IMG/VR virus record: IMGVR_UViG_3300002307_000021 | Coordinates: 32,001-96,000 of that record | DNA length: 64,000 nucleotides | Direction: 5' to 3' (one strand) | DNA from: a virus | In this document: positions 47,161-56,435 of the stretch, piece after piece | How positions within the stretch are numbered: position 1 is the first letter of the stretch | How the letters are laid out: each line of letters begins with the position of its first letter | Notes under the pieces: generated by a model | What the model was told of the DNA's origin: nothing | What the model saw: only the letters and a program-made list of their open reading frames with translations | The model's database searches: none | Made by a program: the position numbers and the translations under genes

Positions 47161-47864
47161 TACTCGTCATCTTCCTCTTCTTCGTCGCTATCACCGCGCT
47201 CTTCACCTTCATAAACTTCTTCAGAGTCACCAACAATGATCCATTTGTTCTCACCCCATTTACCTGTGGTGTCGTAGTCATAGCCATCAATATCTTCACC
47301 ATCGTAACTCACATTACCGCTAAGTTCCCAACCATCGACGTCATAGTAGGTAATTCGTAATTTTTTAGGATCAAACGGCTGTTTGATTTCAAATTCATTG
47401 CCAAAGAATGTACCCTTTTCGCCTTGCCCACCCCAAAACACTACAGTACCTTCTTCGTAGTCATTGATGTACTGTTCATCAGCACACTCAACTTCTACAC
47501 CTGCTTTTTCTAAAGATTCAACACCTAGTGGACTTTGCCAAACTTCTTCACCGTTCTCATCATAGACAGTAATATAGCTCATTTCATCAAACGTAGCGCC
47601 GCTTTCGTGAACACCACCAATATCATACGGACTGCCTGGCTCAAATGGACGCAGTTCACTTGTTACAAACTCCCACTTTTCATCGTCCCAATCACTAGCA
47701 TACTGTTCGATATCAATCTTATGTTCTTTAAAGAAGTCGTAGGTCTTACGATCTACTTTACCAAAATAGACCTCGCCGCCGTAACCAGTAATCTCAACTT
47801 TGTATTTGCGTGGAGTAAACTTAAGCGTTGCTAATAGTTCTTCTTTTTGTTTTTTTGTGGCCAT
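47160..47864 (-). CDS. acidic hypothetical protein
   Basis: 234 aa; GYGGE and EKGTFF motifs. Confidence 0.82.
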   Translation of the reverse strand: MATKKQKEELLATLKFTPRKYKVEITGYGGEVYFGKVDRKTYDFFKEHKIDIEQYASDWDDEKWEFVTSELRPFEPGSPYDIGGVHESGATFDEMSYITVYDENGEEVWQSPLGVESLEKAGVEVECADEQYINDYEEGTVVFWGGQGEKGTFFGNEFEIKQPFDPKKLRITYYDVDGWELSGNVSYDGEDIDGYDYDTTGKWGENKWIIVGDSEEVYEGEERGDSDEEEEDDE

Positions 47865-48076
47865 TATACAATTCTCCCTAATGCGTTATGAAATAGTTCT
47901 CTTAAAAATGGTTCGGTATCCTGTCCTTTGGTGTAGGCATTGTACATATCACGAATGATAACCTCGTTGCCTCCTCGGTAAGCAACGTCACGCGAATCAA
48001 GTTCTTCCAATAGATCATCAGTGTCAAAGTCTGCTAGATCTACTTCAACTTCTACTTCTTGATAAACAGTTACCAT
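47864..48076 (-). CDS. small acidic hypothetical protein
   Basis: 70 aa, first gene after a promoter. Confidence 0.78.
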   Translation of the reverse strand: MVTVYQEVEVEVDLADFDTDDLLEELDSRDVAYRGGNEVIIRDMYNAYTKGQDTEPFLRELFHNALGRIV

Positions 48077-48099
48077 ATGAATTCCTTTGCAATATATAA

Positions 48100-48128
48100 A
48101 TTATATACTAGGCGTACCATGCTGTCAA
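48100..48128 (-). promoter_or_regulatory. consensus sigma70 promoter
   Basis: TTGACA-17 nt-TATAAT. Confidence 0.88.
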
Positions 48129-48548
48129 ACGATTTTCATCGTAGACTCGCTCAACTGCTGAATATATTTGGTCCAAGTCAATACCATGCGCTAGGTATCC
48201 TTCAGACAATAGATCAACGTAATTTTGGCTTGGGTAGCTTAACTTTTCTTCTGGATACATTAGATAGGTCATAGCAGTTACAGTTTTACCGTCAATGATA
48301 ACGTCAACCATTTGCTTGTTATAGTAAACAGGATACCCCTCTAGGATATCTAAACTTGCTTCGTCACTTGGTTGTAGTTCCCAAAGGACACCGTCAACAT
48401 TACTGTTGATATCTGCTTCAACTGTGGCAAACTGCTTAAACTCAAAACGGAAACCAGGCAATACAGCGGCACCTAAGCTAGTAGCTGTTGGGCAACGACG
48501 AGCCATTTGGTCCAAGTTTGTGTTCATTCCGTAACTAAAGTACTTCAT
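48108..48548 (-). CDS. gamma-glutamylcyclotransferase (AIG2/GGCT-like)
   Basis: YFSYGMN, GVLW, LDILEGYP..Y, PSQNY. Confidence 0.88.
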   Translation of the reverse strand: MKYFSYGMNTNLDQMARRCPTATSLGAAVLPGFRFEFKQFATVEADINSNVDGVLWELQPSDEASLDILEGYPVYYNKQMVDVIIDGKTVTAMTYLMYPEEKLSYPSQNYVDLLSEGYLAHGIDLDQIYSAVERVYDENRLTAWYA

Positions 48549-49123
48549 AGTGATAGTGTGCTACCTTTCGCTTGTGTATAAAAAATATGTTGTCCTACTT
48601 TGGTAATACGCTTACTGTTATCCTTCCAAGTTGGATTAACATAATCTGCATGATAAAACAGTGCTTTCTTCAATGGCTTAACTCTTACACCGTAACTTAG
48701 TACTTGGCTGGCGGCCACCTTACTGGCTTCCCAATTAGCGCCTTTGTTTTGCAACCAAGCACGTTTCTTATCTTTGGTCCAACTAAACTGATCTTTAGCG
48801 TAAACCACATTACAGATGTTCTTACCCCAATAGCCTGAACGTAAACGATTAAGTGTTACCTGCGCTACTGCTACTTTACCTACAAAGTTTTCAACACCTG
48901 CTTCGTAGTAAATGTTACGAGTCATACAATCAAACTCACGTGGAGTATATCTAACTGGTGTGCTTGACTGCTCTAAAATTACAGTTTTAATGTCTTTGAT
49001 ATCCTCATGGATATCAGCGACCTTGCTTTCTATGTTTGAAATGCGATGATCTTCGTATTGAGCATACATCACATTACCTACAAATACTGCTACACCCAAT
49101 CCTATATATAAACGAGCTGACAT
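48545..49123 (-). CDS. SleB-like cell wall hydrolase (Hydrolase_2) with N-terminal anchor
   Basis: NIYYEA, VAQVTLNR, QFSW, FYHADYV.P.W, HIFY. Confidence 0.9.
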   Translation of the reverse strand: MSARLYIGLGVAVFVGNVMYAQYEDHRISNIESKVADIHEDIKDIKTVILEQSSTPVRYTPREFDCMTRNIYYEAGVENFVGKVAVAQVTLNRLRSGYWGKNICNVVYAKDQFSWTKDKKRAWLQNKGANWEASKVAASQVLSYGVRVKPLKKALFYHADYVNPTWKDNSKRITKVGQHIFYTQAKGSTLSL

Positions 49124-49154
49124 TGTTGACTTTCATAACGTTTAAACAAGTACA

Positions 49155-49183
49155 ATTATACACTCAAAAAGGCTATTTGTCAA
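49155..49183 (-). promoter_or_regulatory. consensus sigma70 promoter
   Basis: TTGACA-17 nt-TATAAT. Confidence 0.88.
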
Positions 49184-49188
49184 CTAAT

Positions 49189-49213
49189 AAAAAAGCCCCA
49201 AAAGGGGCTTTTT
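49189..49213. terminator. intrinsic terminator
   Basis: AAAAAAGCCCC-AAAA-GGGGCTTTT. Confidence 0.85.
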
Positions 49214-49238
49214 GTATGATATTCTAGTAACTAAACAA

Positions 49239-49544
49239 TTAGTTAGCTGAGAATAATTTAGCACGTGAACCGTTTACGTCACGAGCTGAAACTGTGTAAA
49301 CTGTGTTACCTGTAGTGTTTACGCTAGTTTTAACTTGAAGACCGCATTTACGGAACTCTGACATACGAGCTGACAAGTTTAAGATGCCATAGTTAGCAGC
49401 CGCTTGTGCTTGGCTAATTGAACGACCTGTACCGCGTAGGTGTTTTTCTAAGAATGAAACTTGGTTAGTAACTTTGTTTAAGTTAGCAACAACTTTCTTA
49501 GTAGATGTTTTTGTAGCCATTGATTTTGATTTAGTGCTTTTCAT
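49239..49544 (-). CDS. small basic winged-helix DNA-binding protein
   Basis: ISQAQAAANYGILNLSARMSEFRKCGL; start uncertain, GGAG favours 49544. Confidence 0.65.
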   Translation of the reverse strand: MKSTKSKSMATKTSTKKVVANLNKVTNQVSFLEKHLRGTGRSISQAQAAANYGILNLSARMSEFRKCGLQVKTSVNTTGNTVYTVSARDVNGSRAKLFSAN

Positions 49545-49675
49545 GCTTTGCTTCTCCATAAATAACAAACTTAATAATGACATTTCTGTCCCTTTATATA
49601 AAGCTGACAACCCATCAGCGTTATAGTTATAATACACTCTGTTTATAAATTAAGCAATAGTCAATTTAACCAAAA

Positions 49676-49951
49676 TCAAATTACTATAGGCATACCCATG
49701 CTAATTTTAACTTCAGTTACTGAATCTACACGGAAACTACGCCAAGCCTGTTTATCTGTACACCAAACGCTTAATGTAGCCTTTTCTTTATCTGTAGCTT
49801 CTTTAACCGGTGTTTTACGCTCATACGCAGGCACAATATCCTCTTTAAGGGTACAGGGCATAGTACGAACTTCACCGTTTACTTTGGTAAATGTTACTTC
49901 ACATACATTAGTTTTGAGTGTTTCTATAAGTTCTTCTTTGGTTAAAATCAT
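49676..49951 (-). CDS. WYL_2/SH3-like protein
   Basis: VTFTKVNGEVRTMPCTL...WRSFRVD. Confidence 0.8.
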   Translation of the reverse strand: MILTKEELIETLKTNVCEVTFTKVNGEVRTMPCTLKEDIVPAYERKTPVKEATDKEKATLSVWCTDKQAWRSFRVDSVTEVKISMGMPIVI

Positions 49952-50205
49952 TTGTCACCTTTCAATGTATCAAAAACAATATCTTTGGCACGTTGATCTA
50001 ATGTTTTACGTTCTAACACGTCTACAGTTCGCAAGATATCTTGCATTAGATCTACAATAACTTCGCGGCCTTCTTCTGTAAAGTAGCAGTACTCTCGCCC
50101 TACATCACTATGTCTCCATAATCGTGGATTTTTGGTAATTTCTAACATAGCACCGTAGACAGTGCTTCTATTTGCGTCTTGTGCTAACTTATAGTTTTTC
50201 GCCAA
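49948..50205 (-). CDS. hypothetical protein
   Basis: Probable TTG start at 50205; the track start overlaps the ligase by >100 nt. Confidence 0.65.
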   Translation of the reverse strand: MAKNYKLAQDANRSTVYGAMLEITKNPRLWRHSDVGREYCYFTEEGREVIVDLMQDILRTVDVLERKTLDQRAKDIVFDTLKGDK

Positions 50206-51499
50206 CTTCAAACCCCCTAAAACGCAAGAACCTAGGAAAACGTAGTGAGTAAGTACCGTCTTGATTTTGCGTAACAGCATCTGCACGTACCTCAACTATC
50301 TGACCCCGTAACTCATCACGGTTGGTCCAAAAAACTGTACGATCGTTATCAGTAAAGCCACTACCGCAGTTAACAACAATCCCACGGCCATCATCTTCGC
50401 CACTACATACCAAAGCCCCCAATCGACCTTCGTTGCGCCCTGTTCCTTCTTCGACATCTGTTACCTCCAAACTAACTTCAATAAATGGTTTAAGTTTGAG
50501 CCAGGCTACACTACGTTTACATTCGTAGGTCGCACGTGGATCTTTAATCATAATGCCTTCGTAACCACCGGCTACTGCATCTTCATTGATTTTCTTAAAG
50601 CGTAGTTTACCTTCATCAGAATCTAGGTCTACTAGCTCTTGCCCTACTACTGTTACATTGGGCATATGGTCTTTAAATTGGTTATACCAAGCAAACAAAC
50701 TATAGCTACGATCATCTTGGCGATGATTACCACTACCTGATTGAAATTCACGTAGGGTAATAATATCAAACAGATTAAGTACAGCATCAGTTGATTCAAC
50801 ATCACTCTTACGATGTACCTGTTTCATTAGATCTTGAAAACTTGCTGACATAATTTCACCATCGAGTACCATTGGCTCTGCAAAGAATATAGCGTGCTTG
50901 CCTAACTGCCGCTCAACCAATGGAAAGTTTGCCAATTGTTTACCGTTCCGGCTAAAAAGATTAACAGCCCCAGTTGGATAGACAATAGCAATAACACGAA
51001 CTCCATCGAGTTTAACTTCGATGAGTCTTTTTCCCGCCACTTTAGACTCGTGATTTGCACTATCGTGAGCAAGTTGGCAAGTAAACACAGGAATAGCGTA
51101 ATCCGCATATTTTTTCTCCACTACTTTGTTGATGGTTTTTTCACTTACACCACAGCGTAAGTCTTTGATAAGGATACGACGATACCAATCATTCCACTGT
51201 GCTTCTGTGGAATTCATACGTGCATAGTTTACTGCTGTTAATGCCGCATTACCGGTTAGTTGTCGTGTACTTAATTCTGTTGTTAATTTTAAGAAAGCGT
51301 CCCAGCTAAAGCCACGACCATCACCGGTCTTAGGTTCAACTTGTTTTACGCCAAATGTGATCATGCTGTCTAGGGCTAACCGACAACCTGCAAAGAATTC
51401 ACTATTGCCTGCTAGTGCCTGTACTTCGATGATTTGTTCTTTATTAGTTCTTAGATTGTGAAGTTCTAAGTCTTTGATTACCTGCCAAGGTTGATCCAT
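50189..51499 (-). CDS. ATP-dependent DNA ligase
   Basis: KLDGVR, LDGE, FD, EGIMIK, WLKLK, CGSGF, SLRFPRF. Confidence 0.96.
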   Translation of the reverse strand: MDQPWQVIKDLELHNLRTNKEQIIEVQALAGNSEFFAGCRLALDSMITFGVKQVEPKTGDGRGFSWDAFLKLTTELSTRQLTGNAALTAVNYARMNSTEAQWNDWYRRILIKDLRCGVSEKTINKVVEKKYADYAIPVFTCQLAHDSANHESKVAGKRLIEVKLDGVRVIAIVYPTGAVNLFSRNGKQLANFPLVERQLGKHAIFFAEPMVLDGEIMSASFQDLMKQVHRKSDVESTDAVLNLFDIITLREFQSGSGNHRQDDRSYSLFAWYNQFKDHMPNVTVVGQELVDLDSDEGKLRFKKINEDAVAGGYEGIMIKDPRATYECKRSVAWLKLKPFIEVSLEVTDVEEGTGRNEGRLGALVCSGEDDGRGIVVNCGSGFTDNDRTVFWTNRDELRGQIVEVRADAVTQNQDGTYSLRFPRFLRFRGFEVGEKL

Positions 51500-51530
51500 A
51501 TAATCTGCCTAACTTTTAATGTATAAGCGT

Positions 51531-51559
51531 ATTATATATGAAATTGACTAGCTTGTCAA
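51531..51559 (-). promoter_or_regulatory. consensus sigma70 promoter
   Basis: TTGACA-17 nt-TATAAT. Confidence 0.88.
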
Positions 51560-51570
51560 GTGATTTTTGA

Positions 51571-52119
51571 TTAAGATGCTGTTACAGCAAGAATATTGGT
51601 TGTAGCTGTATTGATTTGAGCAATAGCACCGCCCAATGTATTAACATTGCCTGCGTAGGCTGTAGGATTAACTGCCCAAATTGCTGCGGCATTGTCCTGC
51701 GCACTAGGTACAGTAACACCACTAGTGGTATAAGCATAGGCCAAACTACTAACAGTAGCAATAACACCGCCGCCTGATAGCACTGTATAAGGACTACTTG
51801 CACCACCTTCTAGGTAAATGATACCTGTTAGTGTTACCTGATGGTCGATAACGATTTTCCAACCGTTGGTAACAAAGTAGATATCACCCGCATACTGTCC
51901 GCTACCTACACTGTCACCACCAATTGTACGAATAGGCGGATAGTAGTCAACGTTTTGTCTGCGAGCTAGCCAACGTTTGCTAGCTGAGTAGATGTCTTGT
52001 TTAGCACGAACTACGCTGTACTGAGGATTGACGATGATATTTCTATTATCACCGTCAAAGGTAACCAACATAGGATCTAATAGATCATCCCAGAAACTAA
52101 CAAAGTTGGTCATGTACAC
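51571..52119 (-). CDS. virion structural protein
   Basis: 182 aa; DIYSASKRW..PIRTIGGD..YFVTNGW. Confidence 0.65.
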   Translation of the reverse strand: MYMTNFVSFWDDLLDPMLVTFDGDNRNIIVNPQYSVVRAKQDIYSASKRWLARRQNVDYYPPIRTIGGDSVGSGQYAGDIYFVTNGWKIVIDHQVTLTGIIYLEGGASSPYTVLSGGGVIATVSSLAYAYTTSGVTVPSAQDNAAAIWAVNPTAYAGNVNTLGGAIAQINTATTNILAVTAS

Positions 52120-52121
52120 GG

Positions 52122-54182
52122 TTAGCGGATTTCCTTCCAGTACTTAGTATAGTAAGCACCAGGGTTAACACCAGGAGTAAGTGCTCTACATGCGAATGTA
52201 AAGATTGGGTATGTATTAGGATCTAATGCAACACCATCATTATTACCTGCGCCGTTAACACCAGTACCTGCTTGAATATCACAGAACGCTGGTAACCAGA
52301 ATGATTTATACATACGATCACCTAGTGCATAACGTATGCTACTGTTTGCTGGAGCAATAAAGCTTTCAATCATAAAGTAGTTGGTTAGAAGTGAACCAGT
52401 TGGTGGACTGTAATAGTTTTGATTCATTGACATTGCTGACGTATCCATACGTAGTAATGATTGTGGTACTAATGACAAGCCTTCTGACCAATACGGATCG
52501 CTTGTACCGTTGGCTAATCTTAGGTTAGCTGCTGCATTGCCGTAGAATACGCAGATACCTACATGTATTGAGCTAGCACCGTTACTACAGAAGTCAAACG
52601 ATTCGTGAATACCAATCATATTGTTACGTAGACCGTTGACCATTGGTTTTGGTGTAAATGATAGTAGTGGTTGGTAACTACCATAACTCCATGCACCTGC
52701 TGTAGATGACCAAACGTTACTTGTCGTATTACTTGTAATAATACGTGGACCATCTAGTGGGAATACGTGAATTTGTGTACCTGTGTACTGCAAGTCGGCC
52801 GATTCAGTAAACACAACACCCCATGACCAGTTAAGGGCTGAGCCGTAACCTGGAGTAGCATTACCATTGTTGTAGATGTTTAATGTAATCGGTAGTGTAC
52901 CTGTCTGCATGAACGGAACTAGACCTTGACCACCAAAGTTAGCTGCTGTTAATGCTGGAACGTATGTTCCGTTACCAAATTGGTATTGGTGACATTGTAC
53001 ACGACGTCCGTCCGGTGATACAACACCAAGAATAACCTGACCCGCTGAGTAGGCCATGTCCATCCAATAGATGTTTTCTTTAGTTGGATCTAAGTAGAAG
53101 TCACTGGTAGTAGAGCTTTGTAGTGTGTTAATGTTCCAAAGACTTTGCGGAATTTCTAAATCTGATGGTACTGTGCCTGTACTTGCAGCCACGTTGCCTG
53201 ATGTACGTAAGAATACATACATTTTTTGATCACGTAGTCTAAAGCCAAAGCCATTGTAACGGTCAAAGTAACCCCATTCACGTGTTACACCGTTTTGACC
53301 TGGTGTAGCCTGTGTACCGTCTGGTGTTGTACCTGCTGTAGGGCCGTTAGCACCTGTTACAGCAGCAGTAACACTCAAGTAGATCAATTGTGATACACCT
53401 GGTTTGTTTGGGTGGTATTGATTAGTACGACGTAGTGATTGGTCATACCTACCTGTACCTACTGACATCGTAATCACTGACAGGTTAGGATTAAATGCTA
53501 CGTTAGCAAAGCTACCAGAAGCTGCTGTATTAGCACGCCACACCGGGTTAACACCGCCAGTTACACCTTGTGTGTTTGCTTGGAATGTTACATAAGGATC
53601 TGTTACAGGATAACCTGTTGCTGAACCAGTAATAACACCACCAGGGCCTGTACCGTTAACGCCCGAAGCGTTAGTAGAAGTCCACCATTTAGGAATATAT
53701 GTAGGTTGATCTTGTTGCACAGCGTAGTATTCACCAACCGCTTGCATCTGTGAAACCTGCATGTGACCAAAGCTATCAAACTGTGGAGTACCTTCTGGGA
53801 AAGTAGTATATGCCGCACCACGTTTGTTAATGCTTAGTACATATTCAGGTGTCTTAGGATCTGAAATTGTAGAACTAGCTACATAAACGTTACTAGCTAC
53901 TGATGCTACCGCAGAAGCATATACTGTACCTGTTACGTTATCAACTAGTGTGTCACTGGTTGTAAACATAGCATTACTGGCATCGCCGATAAAGTATGTA
54001 GTATCTGATGAGCTAGAATATGTACCTGTTATAGTACCCGTAGCTAAAGAGACTGTGCCTTTAACTACAGTACCTACCGCAGGAGTAGTTACTGGGGTTA
54101 CTTTTAAGTCGTGTATTACACGGTGTCTTATTTTCTTCCCCACCCCATCTGGTGGTAATTGAACGATTTGCGTGGTGGTCAT
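52122..54182 (-). CDS. virion structural protein (beta-rich)
   Basis: 686 aa, T/G/S-rich; late promoter GATAAATA 54216-54223. Confidence 0.7.
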   Translation of the reverse strand: MTTTQIVQLPPDGVGKKIRHRVIHDLKVTPVTTPAVGTVVKGTVSLATGTITGTYSSSSDTTYFIGDASNAMFTTSDTLVDNVTGTVYASAVASVASNVYVASSTISDPKTPEYVLSINKRGAAYTTFPEGTPQFDSFGHMQVSQMQAVGEYYAVQQDQPTYIPKWWTSTNASGVNGTGPGGVITGSATGYPVTDPYVTFQANTQGVTGGVNPVWRANTAASGSFANVAFNPNLSVITMSVGTGRYDQSLRRTNQYHPNKPGVSQLIYLSVTAAVTGANGPTAGTTPDGTQATPGQNGVTREWGYFDRYNGFGFRLRDQKMYVFLRTSGNVAASTGTVPSDLEIPQSLWNINTLQSSTTSDFYLDPTKENIYWMDMAYSAGQVILGVVSPDGRRVQCHQYQFGNGTYVPALTAANFGGQGLVPFMQTGTLPITLNIYNNGNATPGYGSALNWSWGVVFTESADLQYTGTQIHVFPLDGPRIITSNTTSNVWSSTAGAWSYGSYQPLLSFTPKPMVNGLRNNMIGIHESFDFCSNGASSIHVGICVFYGNAAANLRLANGTSDPYWSEGLSLVPQSLLRMDTSAMSMNQNYYSPPTGSLLTNYFMIESFIAPANSSIRYALGDRMYKSFWLPAFCDIQAGTGVNGAGNNDGVALDPNTYPIFTFACRALTPGVNPGAYYTKYWKEIR

Positions 54183-54233
54183 TTATGATTCCTTAGGTAT
54201 TTCCGTTAATATGTTTATTTATCACAATTTGGG

Positions 54234-56402
54234 TTAGGTAGCATAGTTCTTCTCTTGAGAACTAACCGCAGTAATAGTATTAGTTAATGATCGTTGTAGT
54301 GTAGCTGTAATATTAGCAAATTGTCCGTTAGTTGTGCCAATGGCTACTAAGGTCACGCTAGGTCCTGTAATAGGTGTAGCAAATCCACCATCTGTACCCT
54401 GTGTCCATGCACTAGATGATGTATAATTAGCAGTAACCTGATACCAAACAGTTGTACCAACACTGTTAACTATACAATATTGATCACCAATATAATAGTT
54501 ATTATTAGCCAACCAACGACATTGTTGGTTATTATCGTAGGGGAAGTCAAATGCTACACTAGTAGCCCCACCTTGAAGATTACCTTTGATTAGATAAGTG
54601 CCGTCACCGCTAGGGTCAATAGCAAATCCTCTAACTAATTGTGCATATTTAGTACCGTACGATAAGCTACCGTTGACTGTGTAACCTGCTGTGGTAATTG
54701 TACCTTGGTTAATTTGATTGTAGAATAATCTATACACAGCTACATTGCCATCACTGCTTAGTGTGCTAGTAAAACTTAATGTACCAAATGCTACGTAGGT
54801 AAATGTTCTAGTGTTTTGTGTATTATCTGCAAATGCTAGATTGTTAATATCTAGTTCACGGAAGTGATCAATAAACACACCACCGTCTGTGCTGTCGTAT
54901 ATTGTAGTTAATGTACTACCACTGTAGGTAACTAAGCCACGAGTAGTTCTACCGTTTTTAACACCTGCTACACTGCTGTCGATATCAACTGTGCTAGGAC
55001 GACGTAATAACCATTGTACATATTCATATATTTGTTGAGCTGTAGCACTACCGTATGTGGTACTGCTGGTTAGTTTATTGTTAGCATCAATAATTACGTT
55101 AGCATAATAGGTAACATTATTAATAGTTCTAGCCTGCGGAGTAGCATACCAAGTAACACTCATATTATTGAATGGACTTGCAGTAGCGTTAGCAGTGGTT
55201 TGATTGCTAGAGATCGTACTATCACCGTCTACAATGTTAGTATCAACTACACTGGTCAGCGGGAATCTATAAGTTTGATAGGTTAAATTAGCAAAACCAA
55301 TGTCAGTTTTACTTGCTTGATAGAACGTATAGCCCTGTTCACGGGTGTACATAACAAATACGTTACTGCTACTTCTATAGTCAAAGTTACCTCTGGCAAC
55401 ATTACCATAGATCTTAACAGGATTATTAGCCTGTCCCGGCATAACTGTGTTTGTTGGTTGTAGATTAACGTTAGCCCCAATTACATAGTATGGTTGATCT
55501 TTAGGTCTAATAGATATTAGTGCACCTGATGGTATTGATGATATTGTTTTGTTAATTGTAATATTACCATTAGCTGAATTGTTTGTAGATATTACAATAG
55601 CACCGTAGGGTATACTAGGACCTGTGACGAAAGATCCAACTGTTACAGTGGTTGCTACAGTTGCGCCAATCTGTAATACATTGCTGGCTGTAACTGCACC
55701 GGTTAATGCTGTAGTTGATGTAAGTCCCTCAGCCCCTAGCGCACCTAGAGATATAACACCCATCCATTCTTCCGAACTGCTGGCAGTGGTATTGGCCTTA
55801 ACTGCCCACCCAGCAGTGCGGATTAGGTTAAATGTATAGTCTACATCTGCCCAAAATGTTAGATTAGCCCCACCAGTCGATAGACTGTTAGCTGATATGG
55901 TAAGTGTAGTACCGTCTGGACTGACATTAGTTACCTGTACGTTAGCATTAGCAATAACATTACCCTGTGCGGCTATACCGTTACCAACTACATAGGCATT
56001 AATGAATACGTTACTAGTATTGAAATTAGTACCAAATGCAGTGTTAGCTGTGACAGTAGTAGAGTTAACTACAGTATTACAAGGTACAGTAAATTTATAT
56101 GTTGAACTTGGTTGTTGATCAAAGTTCCAACCATTGATTAATTCGTATTGTTCGTTGGTAATAGGATTAATAGGAAAAGCACGTGGAGTTAAGTTTGCAT
56201 CAACTGCCCATATTTCTTTTAATTTACTGTATACGCACTGTAGAGTAACACCGTCAGCAGTAAGATTACCTACTCTAGTTAATTTAATAACCAAGTTTGC
56301 CGTGTCAATTACTAGTTCTTTACTAGTGATGGCAGTATTAGAGGCTAGCTCATATGATAAGCTATCCGGATCTTGTAATAAACCACCTATTGTTGCTGCC
56401 AT
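54234..56402 (-). CDS. virion structural protein
   Basis: 722 aa, T/N/S-rich; late promoter GATAAATA 56424-56431. Confidence 0.7.
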   Translation of the reverse strand: MAATIGGLLQDPDSLSYELASNTAITSKELVIDTANLVIKLTRVGNLTADGVTLQCVYSKLKEIWAVDANLTPRAFPINPITNEQYELINGWNFDQQPSSTYKFTVPCNTVVNSTTVTANTAFGTNFNTSNVFINAYVVGNGIAAQGNVIANANVQVTNVSPDGTTLTISANSLSTGGANLTFWADVDYTFNLIRTAGWAVKANTTASSSEEWMGVISLGALGAEGLTSTTALTGAVTASNVLQIGATVATTVTVGSFVTGPSIPYGAIVISTNNSANGNITINKTISSIPSGALISIRPKDQPYYVIGANVNLQPTNTVMPGQANNPVKIYGNVARGNFDYRSSSNVFVMYTREQGYTFYQASKTDIGFANLTYQTYRFPLTSVVDTNIVDGDSTISSNQTTANATASPFNNMSVTWYATPQARTINNVTYYANVIIDANNKLTSSTTYGSATAQQIYEYVQWLLRRPSTVDIDSSVAGVKNGRTTRGLVTYSGSTLTTIYDSTDGGVFIDHFRELDINNLAFADNTQNTRTFTYVAFGTLSFTSTLSSDGNVAVYRLFYNQINQGTITTAGYTVNGSLSYGTKYAQLVRGFAIDPSGDGTYLIKGNLQGGATSVAFDFPYDNNQQCRWLANNNYYIGDQYCIVNSVGTTVWYQVTANYTSSSAWTQGTDGGFATPITGPSVTLVAIGTTNGQFANITATLQRSLTNTITAVSSQEKNYAT

Positions 56403-56435
56403 GTTATTATCCTAATTCTAAATTATTTATCGCTA